A DNA stretch of 64,000 nucleotides from Haliotis cracherodii. Lineage: Eukaryota. Positions 48,943 to 61,073 of the stretch are shown piece by piece (position 1 is the first letter of the stretch; every line of letters begins with the position of its first letter). Below the pieces are notes generated by a model. It searched no databases, was not told where the DNA came from, and worked only from the letters and a program-made list of their open reading frames with translations. The translations under genes were made by a program, and so were the position numbers. The stretch spans positions 29,512,001-29,576,000 of the forward strand of contig NW_027266271.1 of the NCBI RefSeq assembly GCF_022045235.1, read 5' to 3'.

Positions 48943-50691
48943 TGTAACCGGCCTGTTTACCATACTAGCCTTGTTATTACAGACTGGCCTCACAATACAG
49001 GCTTGCCTTCATTTGTCATAGGTTTCCTCCAGCAGAATTTTGTATAACCTCAATTTTCATATTTGTTTTATTATTTTCATATAATTAGAAAAAAATCAAA
49101 ATTTATCACGCAACTGATGAAGTCTTTTCGAGTTTATAGATGTATTATGATGAATTTTACTATTTGTGTTGTATGGATTAATGTTTTTACTCATTTGATT
49201 GCAAAAAACAATTTGTATCCCAATCAATGTAAAGGAAGTGTTATAAAATCATTAGTACGACCCAGTGTCTCGGTGAGACAGGAGCAGTGAGGGGGGAGGG
49301 TCTGTATGTCCACAAAGACAAAGAACATGCAAGGCATCATGGGCGACGAGTGCCTTATGCTGGCCTTTAAGACTGATATTTCAATGCTGTAAATATGTAT
49401 ATGAATAATTTATACACTGTAATTCGAACAAGGAAGTAATTGCTATTTTTTCTCCAGGTTTTGAGATTAAACTTCTTTCATAATTGTTGAGAGGACAAAT
49501 AATGCTTATTTCAGAATTATTTAGGATATATCATGATTATGTTTTGATTACTTGAGATAAATAATAATTATTTCTCACTGGTTTGAGATTAATCATGATT
49601 ATTTCTCAGTGATTTGAGACACATTATGACAGAAATTAACATTTTGTGTTTTTGAAATACAGCCTAGTACTGGGCCCTAATCAAGTTTTCAATACTTTTG
49701 AAAATTGTTAACATGTTCAAAGTCATATCAAGATACTCATATTTCGCCTGTTTCGCTATGATAGATTGATATGACATAAGTTGTATTCACTACTGTAATC
49801 AAAGAATGACATAATTCTTAAATCCGGATAATACATTGGTATAATCACCAGCTAAATTTCAAACTTATATTTTCTTCAACATACAAAGTACTCTGAAGAT
49901 ATTATGATTGGTAATGTTCACAATATTACAACCAAGTATGTATATGTAACAAGTATTATCCTCTGTTAGTCACAACATTGTGCAATACATTTACTGCTGA
50001 TCTCAGGGTCCTGGTTCAGGATACAGTCTGGTACAGAAAACCTTTCACCAACTGGCTCATGGAAAACAATAACTCCTCAACACATTTAAATCTGTACAAT
50101 ATATTTGATTGAATTTACACCTTTATTTAAACATGCTGGATCAAAAATCACTGATTAACTGGCTATTCCAAAGCTGTCCAGCCAACAATTTATTTTTTAA
50201 TCTTCCAGTTCCAAGTTCCAGATTTAGGTAGATTGTTAATTCCATGTTAAAATATTTCTTAAGGACCTGACCTAAATTTGAAATGACAAGCAGGTCATCA
50301 GTAGTCCATGCTGTGTTTTCATGGCAACAAGTAGGTGCTGTGGAGCTGTACCTTGATATAAGCTTCACATTCTCAGTACAAAAGATGTCTATATACGCCT
50401 CTGATATGGAAACTGGTGTTCTATTTTCCTTTGTCCTATACTTGCCTCTGTGAATGAGAGTCAACATCGGGTCACACAGATATGGCTTGATGTGTACAAA
50501 GCTGTGATATTGTTGTTATCTGTGATAGATCAAGGTATTAAATATTGCTCTTTGCAGTGATCAGTTCATGTGTTTATTTGTTTGTATACATAAGCAACAG
50601 AAATATCATCCCTATAAACATTGACAAGATATGGTGGTTACATGGTGGATTTTACATCTGTGAGAGAGTGAGTTAGGTGTAACTACATTTA

Positions 50692-50853
50692 GAGTGAGTG
50701 AATATGGTTTTACGTCGCTTAATCAATATTCCAGCAATATCACGGCCGGGGACACCAGAAATGGGCTTCACACATTGTACCCATGTCGGGAATCAAACCC
50801 GGGTCTTCATGGGACGAGCGAAGGCTATAATCACTAGGCTACCCGACCACCCC
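50692..50853 (-). mobile_element. tRNA-derived SINE family A
   Basis: Aligns to the 60907-61073 copy. Confidence 0.85.
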
Positions 50854-51330
50854 TATAACACTTAGAACAATATATCATTCTATGGTGTCAGCTCGTTGTG
50901 AGAGGAAAGCCTGAAGGAGTTTACAACTTCAGGTAAAATCCATGTGTCGCTAGTGCTGAGAACCTGGATTCGAACCAACGATCGTGGATTACTGGCACAC
51001 CAAAGGGACACAACTCTGACGGGACCATTCTTGTGAATGACTTTTTCACATAGTTTGTCTCTATAATCTGTATCATTGTGGTGACATTGAATTTAAGGAG
51101 AGATCTCTTGATGATCAGGGGGCTAATGATGTGTGTGGTTAATGCTGAGAAGTGCATTCGTCTTTCTAAGAGATGGTTTGCGATGCAGGTGCTGTTGTAC
51201 AAAGGGATCTTAGCGCTGAGGTGATCATAACTCCCATACTTTAACATAAACTTATGTTCATTGCTAAGGTTGTTTTTTACAACGGCACCCGGAGAAACAA
51301 GTCGGCCATGTTTTGGTGGATTTATTTCCC

Positions 51331-53553
51331 CTACCCTACAACAACGCTCTCCTCAAACACCGGGGCAATGAGGTACCCCGAGAATGTGCAGTACACATCG
51401 TCACTGACGCCGTACAGGTTCGACTCCTGGTCTGGCTCGGCATTCACCATCACCGTATCCCCCTTAAACAAGTGGAGGATGACGGAGTTGCCAGCAGATG
51501 CGTAGTCGCTGTCGGTGTGGGCATAGGCTGACGACACGTAGTTGTAGTTGTGGTAGAGTTCTAGCCACAGCGTATCGTCACTCATCGACAGGCCGTGGTA
51601 CTGGAAGACGTAGATGCCGGTCTGGGGGCAGGTAAACACACCAGTTTTGTTGTCGTAGGCGTTGCCAATGTTGGTGAAGACTTTGTCATATATGACGGTC
51701 GCTCCGGCTTGGAGGGTGAGATGTGTTGTCAAGCCGGCGCTGAAGGCGGTCTCAAACTGGCTGACATCCTGTGCAGCTGCAATGTAGTGATACAGACATG
51801 CTCAGCGACACGTGCTGCACAATGACACTATTTCTGTTATAAGGGGCTATGGTCAGGCTTGATGGCTTCAGGGGACAGGGTGGTCAGGCTCAGTGACTTG
51901 AGGGTGCTGGGTGGTCAGGCTCATTGACTTGAGGGGGCTGAGTGGTCAGGCTCATTGACTTGAGGGGACAGGGTGGTCAGGCTCAGTGACTTGAGGGGAC
52001 AGGGTGGTCAGGCTCAGTGGCTGAGTGGTCAGGTTCAGTGACTTGAGGGGATTGGGTGGTCAGACAGTGACTTAAGGGGGCTGGGTGGTCAGACTCAGTG
52101 ACTTGAGGGGACAGGGTGGTCAGGCTCAGTGACATGAGGGGACAGGGTGGTCAGGCTCAGTGACTTGAGGGGACAGGGTGGTCAGGCACAGTAACTTGAG
52201 GAGACTGAGTGTTCAGGCTCAGTGACTTGAGGGGGCTGAGTGGTCAGACTCAGTGACGTGAGGGGGCTGAGTGGTCAAGGTCAGTCACATTAGGGGAGCG
52301 GGTAGTCAGGTTCAGTGACGAGGGGATTGGGTGGTCAGGCTCAGTGTCTTGAAGGGATTGGGTGGTCAGGTTCAGTGACGAGGGGATTGGGTGGTCAGGC
52401 TCAGTGTCTTGAAAGGCCTGGGTGGTCAGGCTTGATGACTTGAGAGGCCTGGGTGGTCAGGTTCAGTGACTTGAGGGGACAGGGTGGTCAGGCTCAGTGA
52501 CTTGAGGGGACAGGGTGGTCAGGCTCAGTGACTTGAGGGGACAGGGTGGTCAGGCTCAGTGACTTGATAGGATTGGGTGGTCAGGCTCAGTGACTTGATA
52601 GGATTGGGTGGTCAGGCTCAGTGACTTGAGGGGATTGGTGGTCAGGTTCAGTGACATGAGGGGGATGGGTGGTCAGGTTCAGTGACTTGAGAGGCCTGGG
52701 TGGTCAGGCTCAGTGACTTGAGGGGAGTGAGTGGTCAGGCTCAGTGACTTGAGGGGATTGGGTGGTCAGACTTGATGACTTGAGGGGACAGGGTGGTCAG
52801 GCTCAGTTATTTGAGGGGACAGGGTGGTCAGGCACAGTGACTTGAGAGGCCTGGGTGGTCAGGTTCAGTGATTTGAGGGGACAGGGTGGTCAGGCTCAGT
52901 GATTTGAGGGGACAGGGTGGTCAGGCTCAGTGATTTGAGGGGACAGGGTGGTCAGGTTCAGTGATTTGAGGGGACAGGGTGGTCAGGCTCAGTGATTTGA
53001 GGGGACAGGGTGGTCAGGCTCAGTGATTTGAGGGGACAGGGTGGTCAGGTTCAGTGATTTGAGGGCACAGAGTGGTCAGGTTCAGTGACTTGAGGGGATT
53101 AGGTGGTCAGGCTTGATGACTTGAGAGGCTTGGGTGCTCAGGTTCAGTGACTTGAGGGGATTGGGTGGTCAGACACAGTGACTTGAGAGGACTGGGTGGT
53201 CAGGCTCAGTGACTTGAGGGGACAGTTTGACAGTTGGACAGCTGTGATGGTTCTAGTCAGATTTTTCCAAGAGTGGTATGAGGATGTGAAATGGGATGAA
53301 TTTGTTGGTTGTCCTCTTGTACAAAGTGGATAAGGTAACGTGTGTTGGACCACAACAGTCACAATGCTCTACTTGATATGGAGGCCGAGGATTATTTCCT
53401 TGAATAGTTTGCCAGATTTCCAGTAAATAAGGATAAAAAAAATCTTAATATGTACCACGAGTTTGAAGGGCATTAAAACACACCGTACATTCCAGAACAC
53501 TTACCACACAGGGTCACACCAAGAAAAAGGATTCCCTTAAACAGACCATCCAT
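51331..53553 (-). CDS. Secreted globular-head C1q-domain protein A (join 53553-53505, 51776-51331; 164 aa)
   Basis: Signal-like exon MDGLFKGILFLGVTLC with GTAAGT donor; exon 2 has C1q motifs AFSAGL, FTNIGNAYD..TGVFTCP..GIYVF, LHLFKGDTV, TFSGYLI; AATAAA 4 nt after stop. Confidence 0.93.
51843..53225. repeat. 31-bp minisatellite in the intron of C1q gene A
   Basis: GGGTGGTCAGGCTCAGTGACTTGAGGGGACA. Confidence 0.95.
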
Positions 53554-53795
53554 GGCTGGAAGCACACTTCGTTCAGCTGACGCTTGCCCTTATCATCGGT
53601 GTGAACATGTGTGTGGTTTGAGGCACGCCTGGCATAACCTGTATGCTAGATCTACTTGCGCTGAACAGTTTCATGCCCTAGTTCTCACCATGTGGGTAAC
53701 AGCGTTTTCTTATTTTTATGTAGGGTATCAAATTGAACGTGTTTTGGTACGGATTCTTGTAGGTAAGTGGGACTAGATAACGCAGTTTTATATAT

Positions 53796-54380
53796 ACCGG
53801 GCAAAAGAAAGTTTCAACAACTTCACTTGACCAAACACCAAAAGCAAAGGCATTTGTGAGATTTATGATGATTATTTAATAAACAGAAATAATTTTCCAT
53901 GAATTAGAATGAAAATGCACTGTAATGCTGATATTGCATTCTCCACAATACACAAAGAAAGAGTCAAGGTGTCCAAATTAAAAACTACACAAATCAGAGT
54001 TCATTGAAAAAGTGCATGAAGAGCCCATTACTGACACAGTAGTCAGGTAACACGTCATCAATAGCGAGTGTGACCACCCTGGGCATCCATGCACGCCAAC
54101 ACACGCCTCCTCATTGACGTTGTCAGTCGGCGGATAACGTCAACAGGAATCCTGTTCCATAAGTTCCATAGAGTCTGTTCAAGTTCCTGTCGGTTCGCTG
54201 GAGGCGGTACATGTTGTCTCAGCTGACGATCAAGATGATCCCAGAGATGTTCAATGGGGTTCATGTCTGGAGAACAAGGTGGCCAGGGCAATACGTTGAC
54301 GTTAACGTTGTTCAGGTAGTCTTGAACAATTCGGGCGGTGTGAGGCCTTGCGTTGTCTTGTTGCAATGTTAATCCTCTTG
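53796..54380 (-). mobile_element. 5'-truncated Tc1 element (transposase C-terminus 54366-54058 plus right TIR)
   Basis: QQDNARPHTAR..WPPCSPDMNPIEHLWD..GGHTRY*; TIR-like GGGCAAAAGAAAG next to a TATATA site. Confidence 0.85.
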
Positions 54381-55854
54381 GCTTCCACTAGATCAGTGCC
54401 AACACAGAGGAAACACCATCATCACTGGTAACGCAGATATTCAATTGAACACAATGTAACATTCCAGAAGGTTCGAACTGTACCCGACCCAATCCTCGAT
54501 GATCCAGTGTGTTATACCACCATTCTTATATAATAAATACCTTCAACCCATTCGCTACCATAGATTCGTCGTGAATCACACATGTGCCGTGATTATGTTT
54601 CTATGTCTTTCAGCACCATACCCATGTTCGAGGGTTTACCCAAAGTGATAAACGTCCATCTGGCCTTATAACCGAAATACTGACACTTCCCGATGTTGCT
54701 GATGCACGCAAGATCTAGAATAAATAAGACAACCATTATTCGCAAGCGGCCCGTCCGGAAAACATCCAAAGCAGCCCCATGTTTGTCGGAATGGATCCCC
54801 ACCCTCCAATGCTTGTAGAAGCCTGTTAAAATGGGGATAAAGTGTTCGAACTATGTGACCTGGCGTGTCCTGGCGTGTCATGTGGCCGACTGATAGAGTG
54901 TCAGCTTGACCCAACTGCGTTGGTTGTTGCTCATGCTATCAACCCCCGCTTTGCGATTATGTAAGACCACGTGATATAACATGGGTATTTCTATCTGACG
55001 CTAGCAGTAAGCACTGTGACGGCTTGCAGTGCTGTAAAGTAACACACGCGAGAACTAAGCTTTGAACCCAGCAGAAAGGACCCTTCGCAGACACACATGT
55101 TGACAAAACTAAATGTTTTTAAAACTTTTCTATACGATAAGACGAGGGTATAGATTTGCATAATAGAGTGGACACTCTCGAAAACGGCTCAGCTCTTCGA
55201 TTGACGTAGCTCTCATACTTTGACATAAGGTTACTTGGTGAAACGGAACTCGAATAGTGTCAAATCATCTTTTTTTTTACCGTGTCACTCGTTTTAACAA
55301 ATATTTACCCACATACATACCAAATCAGCTCCGTAACACTCTACAAGTTCCCAAGCCAGACCAAGGCCAGTGGGTCGAGGTTCGACTCCCATACAGACGC
55401 GTGTTGTGAGACGGCTGAACGTGTACACGTGGGCGTCACCGGCCTGGTGATCGGTATGGATCTGTTTGGATCCTTCTACTACAGTCAGCCAAGAGTGCGT
55501 GAGTGCGTGAGTTAACAGTTAACGTCGCATCGGCATTATTTCAGCCATATAGCGACGAGAACAAGTTGATACATGCACAAGTGAGTCATGAATACAAAGA
55601 TGTATTTATAAACACAGTCAGCCCAGAAGCCGTACTTGTGTTTAATACTGTTGCCAGCAGCGTTATATACACCTTTTCGAGATCGTTTTGTTTTTGTTTT
55701 GATAACTGGAAGTTTCTAATACATTTTTGTATAAATTTAAGGATAAATAGGTTCTGTTGCATTTGTGATTTTAAGGGTTTTTGAATTCATTTTACATCAG
55801 ACTGCTTCGTCAAGACAAGTGAGGGTCTCCACTCTCATGCTGCTGTAGGTGAGC

Positions 55855-56270
55855 TCAGTGACGGCACGTGGTCCTTTGCACAGAGCAAAGGTCACAAATC
55901 AGGTAAAGTTAAGCAACGTCGGTCGCTGAGAGTCCTGGGATGGGTGGCCGCATTTCGGGAGCTTGGCTCCTGAGAGTTTCCGGGTCTTCGGTTTGGTCCT
56001 ACCCCATACTGAAGCACATGTAACACACCTGGTGTCTCCTTGGGCAAGTGACTGTTCAAAAGGTGACTCTAGCAGTGAATGGGTCCCCGGTAGGATGAGA
56101 TGACAATGTGGTTGTTTACCTTCTAGCGCCTACATGCATCTCGGGTTATGTACTCCCTAGGGAGATGAGAATGTTGAGTGCAAACTGATAAAGTGGTAGG
56201 GTTATTATAGCGTTTTGAGCATACCCCTGAGTGTTGTGGAAATGTACGCAAGATATTTTTTTATTATTAT
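55855..56270 (+). mobile_element. 5S rRNA-derived SINE (SINE3-like) with CORE-like middle
   Basis: AAGTTAAGCAACGTCGGTCG..GTCCTGGGATGGGTGGCCG resembles the 5S internal control region; TCCTTGGGCAAG..GAATGGGT; (TTA)n-like tail. Confidence 0.6.
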
Positions 56271-56433
56271 GTGTATCAGGTACCAAGTACGAGCTGGAGG
56301 GTCACCTTGGCCCTATGTTTGGGGTCGGACCAATGGACACGTCAACGAGTTGATCACCTGCCTGTCCCATCTGACAGAAACAATAAAACACCGGAAACTG
56401 AAGTATGATGCTTTGTATGTTTTATTCACTGAA

Positions 56434-58109
56434 TCACGAGGATGCTGAGATCAGAAAACCAGAGAAGGTGGAGTACACCTCGTATATTTGACCGTACAGG
56501 TCCGTCTGATACCCCGCGGCGGCCTTGACGCTGACAGTGTCCCCTTTGTTGAGTTCAAGGATCCCGGAGTTGCTGCCGCTGGCGTAGTCTGTTATAGTAT
56601 GGCCGTAGGCGGAGCTGATGTACTTGTCGTTCAGGTAGAGCTCGAGGTACAATGTGCTGTCCTGTCGGGACATGGCGTGGTACTGGAAGACATATGCGCC
56701 GCTGATCGGACAGGTGAAGACGCCCGTCGCCGGGTTGTACGCGTTGCCAACGTTGGTGATGATACGGTTGTAGACAACCGTTTGACCCCCTGTGAGAGAC
56801 TGATGGTGACTGAGACCCGCCGAGAACGCTACCTCTGTCGCGGCATCTGCAACAGTGTGGATGATTTTAGCTGATAGTGTACTCCATTGTTCAAATATAA
56901 ATTGTGACATGAATTTGTCATATTGACCACGAGACAAGTGCATTTTGTTGTTGATTTCCGAGGACGACAGATGAATTCATATTTAATTTGCATATTGTTT
57001 CGGTAAAATCAGCATAATACCTGGAGTGAGTGTGTGAGTAAGTTGGGTTTAACGCCGCTTTTAACAGTGTTCCGGTTAAATCACGGAGTGTCAGGTTAAT
57101 GTGGGAGGAAAACCCGAAGTGATGCAGGTCTCAGACGTTTACCACTTCGGTGAAACCCATGAGCACGGGCATGGTGCTGACGAACCTAGAAACATAATCG
57201 GGGCGAACCGGGATTCGAACCCATGATAAAATGTTTCTGGCGTGCTCAGGGGACGCAACTCTGCACAGCGAATCGCGATGCCTTAGACGACTGGGCCACT
57301 CGTGCTCCCCCCCCTCCCCCCCCCCCCTACCCCCCCACCCCCACCCCTGCCCCCTCCCCCCCCCTGCCCCCTCCCCTACCAGATTGGAAGATACCAAACC
57401 TAAGGCACGTTTTTGCCATGTTTTTCCTCACTCTTGTTAATCACATTAGTGTCAAAAGGGAGAGAAAATTCAATGATGTAAAGGATTTCATTGGATTTGT
57501 AAAAAAAAAAAAAAAAAAATAATTATCATTATTATTGTTGTTGTTGATGTTGTTGTCATTTTTATTATTCTATAATTCTGTTACTTATTTATTTATTATC
57601 AATCAAACGTGTTGAGAAGTATACAGATGTTTCAGTATCGTGTTCCGTGTGGAATTTTATTTACCCGCCAATCTTGATGACATGTCAGTACATGGGAACA
57701 ATACATGTGACCGATATGTGCCTAGACTAGGCCAAGTATCGCGGTTACTGAACTGAGACGTACATCGCAGAGAGAACTGATCCTCACACTATCGTCCTAA
57801 CAAAACACACTCACTCACCCACTCTCTGTAAATGACAACAGTTGTTATGACTGGCAGATCCAGAATACTTGAACAAAATGGAAGTTGGTCTGATCCATTC
57901 TTCATGGCAGGATCACAATGACTACACACGTTTTCTTTTGCGAATAATATTTGTAAACATCACGCTGTTCGCTGTTAAATATGTGTAAATATTAGTGATA
58001 TATTATCATCCTTGTATAGCATTTCAACCATGATATATTTATCATATTTTGACTGTTTACCTGAGTCGCCTGCAGCCAGGAGGGAGATGGCAATAAACAA
58101 GAAAGACAT
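56434..58109 (-). CDS. Secreted globular-head C1q-domain protein B (join 58109-58061, 56846-56434; 153 aa)
   Basis: Signal-like exon MSFLFIAISLLAAGDS with GTAAAC donor; exon 2 VAFSAGL..NVGNAYNPATGVFTCP..LELNKGDTV..STFSGFLI; AATAAA 7 nt after stop. Confidence 0.93.
57024..57310 (-). mobile_element. SINE family B in the intron of C1q gene B
   Basis: Reverse complement of the 37404-37660 copy. Confidence 0.8.
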
Positions 58110-58461
58110 GGTGTTGACGGTTCCCGGGACCGGATATGTCGCCTTCAGTGTCCCAGCGTCAGGCGTGCGGACGTGGGAGATAAGCCTTCACTTCCACCAG
58201 GATCCAGGTCGACGCACCTTGCAATACTGATAGGTTCTGGAGCTCACCTCATATATCGCTATCATCTCTTTGTCAGTGGAGGTAAAATATATTATATGTA
58301 TTACATATGTCACATGACTGCGGTGTAGCTAATGTTCGGTTTCGCTCACTGGAACAACCGCATGACGTACCAATACATGACGTACCAATGCATTACGTAC
58401 CAATACATGACAGGAGGGTCGGTCCAATACATGTGAGCCTCCATACAGATTAATAGGGATC

Positions 58462-58845
58462 CCAAATTGCTTCTCATTATAATACCTTGGTTTGTTCATA
58501 CACGCGCGCGAGGGTTTCATCAACGTTGAACCAGTAGCAATATTACGAGGTCGGTTCCAAGTTACTTCTCATTATAATACCTTGGTTTGTTCATACACAC
58601 GCGCGAGGGTTTCACCAACGTTGAACCAGTAGCAATAGCACGAGGTCGTTTCCGAATTGTTTCTCATTATAATACCTTGGTTTGTTTATACACGCGCGCG
58701 AGGGTTTCACCAACGTTGAACCAGTAGCAATAGCACGAGGTCGGTTCCAAGTTGCTTCTCATTATAATACCTTGGTTTGTTTATACACGCGCGCGAGGGT
58801 TTCCCCAACGTTGAACCAGTAGCAATATTACGAGGTCGTTTCCAA
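58462..58845. repeat. 95-bp tandem repeat x4 upstream of C1q gene B
   Basis: TTCTCATTATAATACC recurs at 58471, 58566, 58661, 58756. Confidence 0.95.
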
Positions 58846-59368
58846 AATATATATTGCCTATATGGTAGTCAATCCACTGTCAAAACAACATGTGTCACTT
58901 GGAACTATATTGTCTGTTGTCACTGGCCGACTGATCTCTCCTTGAGCTTGTGACGTAATATATTGATGCGCACGTTCCAGGAAAACTTGCAATGATTAGG
59001 TACGATTTTGTGAGAGTTATTTTTCGATTTAGAATTTAAGAATGATATTTTGTTATAAAGATATTGCCACGCTAAATGCTTTATTCCTAATACAGGATAT
59101 TTAACATCCCTAAACACTTAGGCGTGCTAAGCTCTAAGTATGTGCAGTGTGGAATAGGGTCAGTGAGTGGATAGTTTCCTTCTCGTCCTGGTCATGTAGA
59201 AGGTCAGGGGTCGAAGCCATTTGTGTGCGCATCCGTTATATTCATGAAGTTGAATAGAAAGGCGTAAAACGGTGTTCACTTACTCAAAAGATCCATTTGT
59301 TGTATTTACTGTGTTAGGAGAAGTATAGAGTAAAACAAATTATTTCCAAGTCCTGTTTTATTGATGCA

Positions 59369-60489
59369 TCAACCAATGACAGGCGTTTCTTCAATAATGG
59401 GGGAGATAAGATAACCCGAAAAGGTGCAGTAGATGTCATCAGGCGCACCGTACAGACTGACTCCGTCATCCCCCTCCGACTGAATGCTCACGTGGTCCCC
59501 TCTCGTCAGATGGAGGACGGCGTCGTTGCCGGCAGCGGCGAAGTCGTTTATGGTGTGGGCGTAGGCTGTGTTGACGTACATGTAGTCTTGGTAGAGGGAG
59601 ACCCACAGCGTCTTGTTGCTGCGGCTAAGTGAGTGGTACTGAAAGACATAGATACCCGTCTGTGGGCAAGTGAACTCGCCCGTCGTTGGGTCGTAAGCGT
59701 TGTCGATGTTGGTGAAGACGTGGTCGTATTTGACGGTGTTGCCGCCAGGAAGCGTCACGTGATGGGACAGTCCGGCAGAGAAGGCCACCTGATACAGCAG
59801 GTCAGACTTCTCACCAGCTGAAAGGAGATCGGTACATGAATGGGTTATCGATGTATAGATATGTTATTGATATATTGATGAGTTATCGATACATCAACAG
59901 GTTGTCAATGTCTTTGTACGTTACCGTTAGAATGGTTAATGATACACTGATGGTGAATGGTGGCACTTGGTCTTTTGCACAGCGCACAGGTCACAAACCA
60001 GGTGAAGCTAAGCAACGTTGGTCGCGGAGAGTAGGTGGATGGGTGGCCGTGTCCGAAGGCTTGTCCCCTGCACTTCGGTCCTGCCCCACACTGAAGCACA
60101 TGTAAGACATGTGGTGTCTCCTTGGGCAAGCGACTTTCATCAGTTCACTTAGCAGTCAATGGGTACCCGGTAGGGTTGTTAACATTCCAGGGCCTCACAG
60201 GTAGTTTATTTTGTCTACTCCCCAGGGAGCTGAGAATGATTGTTGAGTGCACACTGATCCATTGACCGGGGTTAATAAGTGCGCTTTGAGCAACTAAATA
60301 GTGGATGGAAGACAACACCTAAGAAATACACTTATATTGAGTGTAGATCGATATGTAGCGGGTTTATTGATACAGTAACAGGTTATCGAAATATTGATAA
60401 ATGTGTAAAGAACACATAAACGTGATAGAAAAAAGCTTACCTGTCAGTGCAACAAGCAAGCAGCACGCACCAGCCCACAGAACGGCCAT
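59369..60489 (-). CDS. Secreted globular-head C1q-domain protein C (join 60489-60441, 59817-59369; 165 aa)
   Basis: Signal-like exon MAVLWAGACCLLVALT with GTAAGC donor; exon 2 VAFSAGL..NIDNAYDPTTGEFTCP..LHLTRGDHV..CTFSGYLI; AATAAA 6 nt after stop. Confidence 0.93.
59960..60340 (+). mobile_element. 5S rRNA-derived SINE, second copy (intron of C1q gene C)
   Basis: Aligns to the 55855-56270 copy. Confidence 0.6.
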
Positions 60490-60906
60490 GTTCACTCCGA
60501 CTGTAGACTGCTCACTGTGGCAGGGGTTGTCTCCCTTGTGCTTTACTGGCTAGACCAGAGCTGACAGATCTTATTTCCAAACGCAGTTCCTGATTGTAGT
60601 CAAGTTAGTGAAAATAAATCTATGATTGTTTATGATATTAGCTGTCAAAGTATTGACTTACAAAGTACTTTCATTGTTTGTTTGCTTGTATCCAGTGTAC
60701 TACTCCAGGTCATGAGGCGTGACAACAGACAGCACAGTGTGGCTACTTGGAGATAAGGCGTCGGACAGGTCGGTCCTCCAGGTGTTGAAGGAAGGCGACA
60801 TCTCATGACACAGATCAGACCTAGCAAGTCGACGATTTCACAAAGTAGGTGATCATTTTGCTCCTTTTGTTATTCCGTTCATGATTTGTTACTGATATAT
60901 GTCATA

Positions 60907-61073
60907 TGTGAGTGAGTGAGTGTGGTTTTACGCCGCTATTAGCAATATTCCAGCAATATCACGGCGGGAGACACCAGAAATGGGCTTCACACATTGTACC
61001 CATGTCGGGAATCGAACCCGGGTCTTCGGCGTGACGAGCGAACGCTTTAACCACTAGGCTACCCGACCGCCCC
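60907..61073 (-). mobile_element. tRNA-derived SINE family A, young copy with TSD ATGTCATATGTG
   Basis: On - strand A box TAGCCTAGTGG, B box GGTTCGATTCC, (CACT)n tail; direct repeats 60899-60910 and 61074-61085. Confidence 0.9.

Noticed and set aside
55880-55960. 5S rRNA gene
   Set aside because: Only partial, diverged similarity and fused to a SINE body
56847-56943. N-terminal extension of ORF 56434-56943
   Set aside because: Intron sequence upstream of the acceptor at 56846; the real start is in exon 58109-58061
60907-61073. tRNA gene
   Set aside because: tRNA-like head continues into a SINE body and tail with TSD, in multiple diverged copies
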